Positions 41,701 through 52,700 of a stretch of DNA of 64,000 nucleotides are shown here, piece after piece. The notes beneath the pieces are model-generated. The model saw nothing but the letters and a program-made list of their open reading frames with translations, was not told where the DNA came from and did no database searches. A program made the translations under genes and the position numbers. Every line of letters starts with the position of its first letter. Position 1 is the stretch's first letter. Source of the DNA: Callorhinchus milii (Eukaryota); assembly GCF_018977255.1 (NCBI RefSeq), contig NW_024704742.1, positions 124,622,001 to 124,686,000 of the forward strand, read 5' to 3'.

Positions 41701-44700
41701 GATGAACACAGCATTTCACCCCATGCCCCGAAAAAAAAGTGGGTTAAACCTCTGCATTGCGCAAGCAGTTCAGGTATAATTTTAATCACAAAGTCTCAGT
41801 TAGGCTAACTGTGCATCCTGAAGTTTTTGTTCAGGAATCTCTTACCTGTGTGGATTTGGGCTGGATTGTGGTTTTGTGTCCACTGTATATATAAACCGCT
41901 CCACGATTGTCATTTTCTAACGGTGCTCCTACTGCTATGTCATTGTAACCATCCAGGTTAATGTCAGAAATGACAGCAATGGAGGCTCCAAACCGAGTGT
42001 TCCCAGATCTAGTAGGGCCTTCCAGGTCACCTTGCTTAGTCAGAATTCCCTGTTAAGTTACACACAGAGACATTGAGTTACATTGCCTGTACAGAACAGA
42101 CACGAGGAAGCTTTTTCATAGATTCATAGAATGTTACGGCACAGAAGGAGGCCATTCGGCCCATCGAGTCTGTGCCGGCTCTTTGACAGAGCAAGTCACT
42201 TTCACTAACCCCAATCACCAGCTTTCTCCCCATAACCCTGCAAACCCGTCTTCCCCAGATACCTATCCACTTTTCTCTTAAAAGCTTTTCATTTATCCAG
42301 AGAGTAATCAATGACTGGAACAGGTTGCCAGTAAAGGTGGTGGAGGCCAGGTCATTAGACCCATTTAAAAAAGGAGAGAGGAAGTGACAATACTCACCAA
42401 CTTTGGTAGTAATGTGGTGAAGTGAGTAGTACTGTGGGGGAGATGTGAGGGCAGCCTAAAGACCACTGGCTCTCTTTGCTAATGCTGCTTTGCTGACCGT
42501 AATTGGATTTCTGTATCTTATTTGTAAAGCACCCAATGTACTGAACACTGGATTCTTCAGCACATTCCAAGCTTCAGACATTTGATAACTGCACATTTCT
42601 TAGCATGGAATCTGCTATTCACAGCAGAATGACTTATTTCAACTTCTACTCAATGCAACCTTTTATTTTAATAGCTTTGGTGACAATACAGTTATATAAT
42701 GCCCTAATCACCCCCATTTGGAATACTGCTTGTAGTTTAGGACACCACACTTTAGAAAAGTTGTACTGTATTTGCTTTGAAACCTGAACAGCTGGATTTA
42801 AGGGGTTTAGTTGTGAGGATAGAATGGGCAAATTAGGACTGGACTCCCTTCAACAAATAAGACTGGGAGATGATCTGATCGAGGTGCAAAAGTAATTGAA
42901 GTGAATAAGAGATTCTTTCCTATGGTTGCAGAATCCGATACAAGAGTGTAGAATCTACAAATTAAAGCTAGACCCATTAGTACAAGAAATCAGAAGTCAT
43001 CACTTTCCTCAGAGAATTGTGAAATTCATTTCCCCAAAGGAATGTTAATTTAGGATCAGGAATGTTTAAGAGGGAAGTAAATAAATTCCTATTCAGTTTG
43101 CGCATCAGCGGATACAGAGAAAAGGCAGGCAAATTATATTGAGGTACAGATCAGCGTGAGCTACAACAATAACTTGCACTTATATGGCGCCCCTCATGCA
43201 GGGTAAAGTCCCAGAGTGCTTGACAGTGGTGGAGCACGTTGACAAGCCGGGGGAGGTGACTTTTAGGCACTGTTGAAGAAGAAGGTTCGGCACCATCTGA
43301 AGATGGGAGGGAGGGAGGGAGTAAGGCGGAGGGATAGAGGGAGAGTGTTCCAGAGTTCCGGGGCATAGTGGTTGAAAGCGTGGCCACCAATAGTGGAACA
43401 GAGGACATGAGAGACAAGCAGAAGGCTGGAGCCAGTTGAGCGGAGGCAGTGGGTAGTGGGTTGGAGAGTAAGCAGGTTGGAGAGGTAGAGGTGCCAGGGC
43501 AAGGTGGAGGGATTTGAAGATGAGTGTGAGAATCTTGAAATCGATCTAAGAAAATAGTACGGCAGGCTTGACAGGCATAACGCCTGTTCCTAATGTCTTT
43601 ACATTGGCTGGAAAAATCTATATACAATGGAGTGGCAACATTTGCTAAAAAGAGAATCTTAATCTATCAACAGTTTTGTACATATTCTGGATGAGTTTCT
43701 ATTGAGCAGAAAAATATTTCACCTCATTGACGGAGAACATATAAACTCTTCCTTCTTCATTTTTTTGTTCACCCATGAATGTTGGTGAACCAACCAACAG
43801 TATGTCTGTCAACGAATCACGGTTAACATCCACAGAGCACAAGACACTGCCAAAATAAGACCCCAGCTGAAGACAAAATGGAAACAGCATTCATTTATCA
43901 AGTGCAATTTTATAAAAGAAGGTTGGGTACTTGCAACAACAACAACAAATTACATTTGTAAAGCGCCTTTCACGTTGGGAGGACGTCCCAAGGCACTGGA
44001 CAGTCAGGGATATGGACCTGAGTATGGGATTGGGATCAGGAGTGGTGGAGAGCAGGGAGAGTAGGGGTAGGAGGGTGGCTGAACAAATATTTAATAGCTT
44101 TTAATATTTTTATAGCTATGGTGACAATACAAATACAAATTGTTGGATTGTTTCTTTGTGTGGTTTTCCGATGTTCCTTTAAGAGACCTTCCTCCAAACA
44201 AACCCTGGATATTATTCTCTCCCTAGACACAACAGTTGCGTTTGACACATTTTTCTCCAGTCACGGAGAGCAGCTGTGTGTAGGAGGACAAGGTTCCGAC
44301 ACGGCTTCTGATAAAGTGGCTGAAGAAGGATGGTTTGCTCATAATAATAATAATCATCTTTGCATTTGAGATAGCGCCTTATCACATCATCAAGACGTAT
44401 CAAAGCCCTTCACAGAATATACTGTAAAGTGAATTGACTGTGTATTTTGAGGGTGAAACGTGGCAGCTAATGGCACACAGCTTATGTCCCACAAATTGTC
44501 ATGGATTGAGTGACCAAATTATTATTGTATTTATTTTGAAGGGATTATTACCCACGGTGAACGATCCGCCAATCGACTAACAACTGGGTTCCTATTTACT
44601 GCTAGGTAAACAGAGGCATGTGGAGTAAGGAAATTTGCCCAAGGCTGCCTCATTTTGTGTCTTATTACTGAAGAGGATTGGAATCAAAAATATATGTTTT

Positions 44701-46679
44701 TAAAGCAATAAACAGAATGTTTTGTTCAACTTTCTACAAACTATTTACAAATTCTTCTCCTCAAGAGGGCAAAACTTAATAAATGTTTATAATAATAATC
44801 ATCCTTCAATTTGATATAGACCTTAAATGTTGTGTCTGTGCAAAGTCCCACAAACAACCATGTAGTGAATTACCATTTTTATCTTGGCGGATTATTGGCC
44901 AGGCTTCCGGGAAAACTCTTCTCTTTTCTAATCATGCCGTGGATCTTTTATGTCCACCTGAACAGACAGATGGAACCTTGGTTTAAGGTCTCACCCAAAG
45001 GAAGGCACCTCCAACAGTGCAGAGCTGCCCTCAGCACTGTATTGGAATGTTGTCCTGGACTGTGAGTTCAAAGACTGGACATGGGGCTTGAACCCATTAA
45101 TTTCTGACTTGGAGGCAAGAGTATTACTAATGGAGCTAGGCTGACACCTGTTTCTAGCCTTGTTTGGATAATGTGTGCTTAGAGATTTCTTGTTATCTCG
45201 AGTTTCTTTAACTTACTCTTTAAAAAATCAGAATAGGTTTGCAATAAAAAGAATGAACTGCAGCATTGTACGTGCCTGCTCTCCTTTCTGTTTCTGTTTA
45301 ATCGTGACCTCGCCATTTGAGCCAACTGTGTAAACGATTATCTGTCCCGTGTGTTGGAAACGTGGTGCTCCAGCAACATAAAACACAGAGTCAGCTGAAA
45401 CCAGCGATGTCAAAGCGTAACCTGGATATAAAATATAATGATTAATTAATGGAGCGCTTTCTGGTTCGAAAAGTAGTAAAGCGATTTTTAAAATATAATC
45501 CAAATGTTATATACTTAATCCCCTTAGCATTATCGAACAACTCAGAAATATTTTTACCACATTTCTCTCTCAAGCTTAACTGACTGACATCATGCCTTCA
45601 ATGGATCTACTCTTTAATTTTCCTTCTTCTACTAAGGTTTAGGGTTCACAAATCCTCTCGCCTCAAATGAAATGCTCATATCCTCCTTTGCTAAAGCAAT
45701 CTCCAAAGAGCTTAGTTTATTATTTCATACCAAAACATTACTGCACCTCCTATCAATTCAACTCCAGAAGGTTCATATTAAGCACTCTGGTAATAAGTCT
45801 CTACCCCATTATTCTCTCTCCCTGCTTTCTGTCTCACATTTACTTTCAGCAGCTCAGCTGAGAGAGTTTTAACTCAGTGCATAGAGATCATGAGCATTAA
45901 ACTACTATTACTCTATGGCAAGTGGTTTGCTATTACTGTAGGATGAGATCAAATCCAGAAGAGCTTTTTTATCTGAACCTTTCTTTTGATCTTACGTTGT
46001 TTACTTTCAGTAGCACTGGCATTACTGCTGTTGGTTTTACAGTAAACTATAGAACACCTGTGGATCTGGAATCAGAGGAGAAGTGGAAAAGTAGAGTTGG
46101 ATGTCGTCCGCATACATGTGGAAGTTAACCCTGTGTCTGTGGATGACATCGCCAAGATGGAGTTTGTAGGTGAGGAAAAGGAGTTAGAACGAGGTACTCC
46201 ACAGATGACCGTGCAATGCATATTTTCAAAGTGATATATTCACCTAGGTATGAGCTGTCATTTCTGTCTTGCAGAACACTTGCAAATATTTTTTTGGTAA
46301 AGATGGTAGTTTCGTCAGATGACTGATGTACAATTGTGCCACTCCAGTCATAGGCTCCTACTGCTCCCAGTATCAGGAGGCTCTGAAAAAGACATTTTAA
46401 CTTTAAAATCACCTGTCGCCAGCAGAAAACAAAGCAGTGAAATAATTGATAACTGAACAAGAATAACATCACATCACTGTCACGGCAATCTATTTCTCAG
46501 CACTAGGTTCCACAACAATAAAGCAATGAAATCAGCTGTGGCTAATACAAGTCGTAAAACTGTAAGGTGTTCCTTCAGCTTAGTAAAGATACTATCTCAT
46601 CTCTTGATTTCTATTGAGCATCTCAATTGAAACAGACCTCTGACCCAATCTTTCAAAAGTTCTTAGAATCAATAGTGTA

Positions 46680-46713
<34 letters not shown>

Positions 46714-49700
46714 TCTTGCATGAATGTAAGACCTTTCATGTCAGGAGGAAATCTCAAAGTGTTTTACGGGATTTACACTTTTTTGTCACTTGCACATACA
46801 TCAGGGTTACTAGTTTAGAAACTAGGAAAGTCACATTCTCCTGGAATGAAGCTGTTCTGAGTGTGTTTTCATGTGGGGAAGTAGGGAATGAAGAACTCTG
46901 TATTCCACTCAGCCTACCTGCTATTCTTCGTACTCCAAAATTAAACTTTTGTACAACAATAAGTTGCATTTATATAGCACGCCTTATGCAAGATAGTGTC
47001 CCAGAGCGCTTGATAGTGGCAGAGCACGACACTGAGCTGGGACTGGTGAGGTAGTTAACCCTGTGTCTGTGTTTGACATCACCAAGATGGAGCTTGTAGG
47101 TGAGAAAAAGGAGGGGATCGAGGCTTCCCTTTAAAACACATCTAAACCTTTTTCCTTAATTTAAGGAGCAGGAGGTGCTTAGGAATCCCACAGATTTGAC
47201 CCTGTGGAAGAAATCTTGTGGAGAATGAGATGGGTAATTTAGATGAACCAATAATCTACTCCGACCTGAAATTATTATTAAATTACTGAGTGCAAACAAA
47301 ACCAGACACTTCAATCTCTAGAACTTGGTCATCATCTCTATGAGACCCACACTGACTTGAAAATGTTTAGAAATGAAAGGTAATACCTGTTTAGGTGTAT
47401 AGTGTGCACTGAATCCAACTTCTGCCATTTCCAATAGAAATGTATCTTCGTTCTTATTACTGGTTCCTGATACATTTAAAAATAAAACAATGTTAATACC
47501 TTTCCCTTAAAGTTATGTTCTCCTAGTTGAACCCACAGTATTACATGCAGATGAATCCAATTAAATATGCAGTGGTTTGGATCCATAAATTCATTATGTG
47601 GCAGTAGAACATAGAACGATAGAAATTTACAGTAATGAGCGCCATTAAGAAGGCAGTTTAATGGTGAACAACAAAAAATCTTTCATAATTAATCTTAAAA
47701 AATTGGATCCCAATTATTAATAACATGTGGAAACCCATCACCTAGCTTATAAGTATCCAAACCAGACAGAGTTCCATACATGACTAAATATCTCTAGGCC
47801 ACAACATTAATAGGGTGCAAAGAATGACAACGTATTAAGAGTATACATGCTGCAGGCCAAAATAACAAAATAAAGATAAATTGATTTACCTTCAATACTG
47901 AAGATCCGTTCCCCGAGAGCACTGGCTATTTCTAGCAAAGCTCCTTCTGAAGATACGTTGAAAAAGTGCTTTTCTTTTGGTTCACTCGCTATGGACTTGA
48001 TCTCCTTGATTAAATTACTTGTGTCTATTCCCACCCTATTGTAATACCCGAGCACCTATGAAATGACAACAAAATATTCTGCTTTATTATAATTTCCACA
48101 TTTTCACTAACTAGTCCAAGTTCAGGATTATTTTTCATTGAACAGTATCTAAAGTTTTAGTTAATTGGAACTTTGCTGAATTGTGAACTTGGTGAAGCAA
48201 GGCTGAGTGATAATGAGTTTGGGACACAGGGAACAGACTAGTTTATATCATGTACTTCTTAGTTCAAATGCACTGTATTCTGGCAGCTAAGGAGGAATGA
48301 TGTCTCAGAATAAAGTATTTATTTTATTATAAAATAAAAATCAACATAAACTAAATCTGTGATAGAGATTGCACTAAAGCACAAATGGAAATATTGGCAC
48401 AATTCAGACAGCAAATGGAAAATGGTGCTCTGATTTCTGAAATTAGCTACCTAAATTTTTATTACCATCTATGTTGATAAAAGTTTGATAATATATCGTG
48501 ATTCAGATAGCTACAATCCCGTGTGTGTGGTAGCATTGGATAGAAGCAGTTCAGTAGCGTACCATTATAACGTGGTTGTGTTTTAGTGGGGGAGGGGGGG
48601 GATAAAATCTCAAGCAATGCTTTTACTGGATGCGATCACCAGTCAGTGTTTCCACATTCACCATGAGACAGCCAGCTCCACTGGCATTTCAAATTACCAC
48701 CTTGCGCACTGGAAGCTAAAATATTCAACTTCCAGGCATTAGCAAAGTGACCAGAAATTGTTCATTTTGGGCTTCTCCACTGCCAGCCTCGTTCTGAAGC
48801 CCCGATGGAGACACTGCTTGCATATTGGATTTTTTCTTAAGTAAGCATCAGGGTGCACAGCTCAATTACACCATGAGCAAACCCACATTACAATGAAGTG
48901 TGTTTTAATGGGGGTTCTGCTGTATATCTAGTGTCACCTTTGCTTAGGTGATCGGCTTTGAGAGGAGTAGTCACTGGAATTGCCTCCCTGCATTCATGGA
49001 TTTAAAAACAAGTGTCCCAATTTCATTAGTCGACTCCAAACTTTCTAAAGCATTTTTAAATTGTCTAAAATAACTAATGCTTTGTGGCAGTAAAAAGGCA
49101 GAGTGATAGAAAGCACATCAGTGCTTTATTTCTGCTCTAGGCTTTGTGCATTCCAAATGTAAGCAAATTAAACCCAATAATTACAGTACTAAGAGCTAAA
49201 TTCCAAAGAACACAAACAACCAAACAAATGTGGTCTTCATGCCTGGGTTAATAATTCTCTCTTTCCCAGACAACAATCCCAAAGGGAAACCCCTTTGCCA
49301 ATTTTTCATGGTGACTCAAGTCAGACAGTTTTCTTGTTTTTAAGTCCTTCCGGTAAAATAGCTCTCGACAGTCACGGATTCACATTCTAGAAAGATCTCT
49401 ATCTCGGGAGTTCATCTTTCTTAAAATGCGGAAGTGGCACTCAGTCGGCCAACGTTGACTGACTGGAGAAAAGAAAATTAATTAAACCCAATTAAACTTG
49501 ACATTTTCCGTTTATGTTTGTTTAGAATAGTCATAAATTAATAAATACAAGAACAAGAATATTTGAGTTAAAAAATTGTAGACAGTCAGTTTTTGACCTG
49601 TTCATAATACATTAGAACTTGGAAAAGTTTCCCTGGCTAACTGGCTATCTGTGCTAAAAAAAACTGCCTCCTTACAACGTAGGTAATCACTGTAAGCACT

Positions 49701-52700
49701 GTGTGCTGGTGCTTTCTGCACAGAAAGTGTGGCTGCTGTCACTTCTTGTATGCATTGTATTAATGCTATGCACAAGAAGCCTTGTTGATGTCACTTTGCA
49801 CACACAGTGTGCCCAGGAAATGATATCCACATCACTTCCTGTGACTAACTTGCCGGAAATGACATCAGTGGTATAGTAGTTTGGCCAAGTCCTATATATA
49901 ATATAGTATAGTCCTATATATAAGTCCTATATATAGTATAGTCCTATATATAAGTATAGTAGTTTGGAGCCTCTCCCTTTGAGTCTGATGAAAATTAAAC
50001 CTGATTTTCTCTATGAAATGTTGACCAATCTGTTGTGCATTCCCAACGTTATTATTTTCACTTAGAGAGTCAATGTTTAACAATTTTTTTGTGGGATAAA
50101 GTTTGCAGAATTTCGTAACCGTTAGGGAGACTTTTACGCCTTGTATTTTTCTTATTTTTAACAAAAGGGTAACAATTACTTACAGCAATCCCAAATCGGA
50201 TAATTCGCTCCGTCTCACATGCAGCAATTTCACTTGGTAAAATGCCACTATCATGAGATTCACCATCAGTTACAACAACCAAAACCTTCGTCGCTCCTTT
50301 TCTTCTACCATTATCAAGTGAGAATGCCTGGTTTCTGGGGAAGCAGGTAGATATTACACAGAGCAGAACATTCTCTGCTAAACCTCAGGCAGCCGATCAG
50401 CAATTGCTAGGTGTTTCAGCTGACCCGTGCTACTTTCATGCTTTGCTGCTAAATATGCTGTATTAATGAAGGTTGAGTCAGCGTAAATCCTGACACCATC
50501 AGAAGGAGACAATTTCAGGAGCAATGTGTTTCGCATCCTCTGCAGTAAATCTGCAAAGCTCAAATTTTGCTATCATTAGAAAAGGAATCTACGCACAAAC
50601 TTGAATAGTTATCAATGTTGAGACACCATGAGCAGAGTTGTGTGTGTGTGTGTGTGTGTGTGTGTCAATGTGCAAGCAGTAATCCATTTTGATCAATAAA
50701 CAAGTGCAGTGTGCAACCAGCTGCTTAATTCCTGGCTGGCACTGCTATAAAACAGGCACTAGCACTTTTATTATAACCACGGCATTAAGAAAAGATCTGT
50801 CATAGATGAAAAGAAAAGTTGTGAGGAACAGGTGGAACATTAGCGCATCTTCTACACATGGCAGCAAGTATTGTAATTTTCATTTATAATTGCAAATCAA
50901 CAACAACAATCACTTTGATTCATATAGCACCCCTCACACAGGGCAAAGTCCCATAGCACTTAATCAATAAAATAACTTGCTTTTTTTTCAACAAACAAAA
51001 AGAAATGTTCACCTTGCAAAGCGAATCCCATGGGCAGTATTTGTTTCCGATCCCAGCATCTGTGACACTCGAGCTGAAGCTTTTACAGCTTCGGCTTTTG
51101 TTTTGTGATCACTTAGCTTGAATTCAAATCTTGCAGTTTCAGCGTACTGCACAACTCCCACCTGATTGGATCACACATTCAGAGACACAATTTACACATG
51201 TGCATTTCAAAATAGCGATGACACTAAAACAAAGTAACAAACTTGATTCAAAATTAACTGATAATACTGGGGGCGGGAGAAGAAATTCCATCCAGCTCCA
51301 GATTTACTCTATGTAAAATCTCAGAATGTCCAGAAATTGCTGAATCAATCTTAATTTTGAAGTCGTTTTTCTGTAATTACAGAACTCACGGAAAGCCGGT
51401 ATAAAAATTAAAACTGAATTTAAGAATTTGCCAAATTTTGGACACAGCAACAACTTGCGTTTATACATGTTGCCCTTCAGGCTGTATAAAAGTGTGATCA
51501 AAGAAGTACGCTGCTTTTGTCAGTGCTGGCCATGAATGGGATGTTGCATCATAATTGTCCATCATCATAGGTGTCGTGTATAACACTCAATGGAATTTTT
51601 ACTACTGTGTCTTTTTAGTCTTAGGGGCTTTTATAGAAATGAAATGATCAAATAATTAAAAAAACTTTTTGCTTACCACATGTGGAAATATCAGGAATTA
51701 CAAAATCAATGAATACAAAGTGACATCAGTGAAATCAGGATGTCTTGTACACCCACAAAGCCAAAGATCAAACATGAGCAAAACTAATTCACAGTTACCT
51801 GAGCTTTGCCAGGACCAATGTCCAAGCTTGACACTAGTTCTGTAAGGAAATTTTGGACGGGATCCCAAGGCCAGATGCTGTTGGAGCCATCTAACACTAT
51901 CACAATGTCAATGAAGGATCCACAAGCTGCAAATATACCAAATTCAATCATAATATTATACATATTCATTATATTGTGTACACCCATTGTCACTCAGTGC
52001 AATTGTACATGTTTGCTGAAACATTGTTCAAATATATATAAGTATATGTTAACTTGGCCCAATCATTGGGTTCTGAAAATTGTAAAGATCAAGGGTTAAG
52101 GAAGTATACAATAATAATCCTACAATAATAATCCTTGCATTTTATTTAGAACCTTATCATGCTGTTGAGATGTCTTAAAGTCCTTCACAAGATTTAGTGT
52201 AAAGTGTCATGATTGTGTTTTTTGTGGGCAAAACCTGCAGCTAATTTATGCACAGGAATATACCACAAACAGTCATGAAGTTAATGACCAATTTTATCTG
52301 GGGTATTGTTGACCAGGACGCAGGGCAAAATTCCTTTCTCTTTTCAAATAGTTCCATGGGGTCTTTAACTTCCACCTGAACAATCAGATGGAGCTTTGGA
52401 TTAACTCATTCGAAAGACAGCACCTTCAGCAATGCAGCACATCCCCATCGCTACATTGGATTGGCAGCATAGACTATGTGAGCTTAACATGGGGCTTGAA
52501 CCCACGACCTTCTGATTCAGAGGCGATAGTACTACCACTGAGCAAAATTGACACACCAACCATACTGTCTGCACATTACAACATCAAAATGTTTTTGTAG
52601 AAGTTGAGGTTTTGTAAATGATCACTGAGCGGGCCGATGAATATATTTACAGGAACGTCATGGACTGAAGCACCATAGCATGCAGCAAGAAACATTTTCC

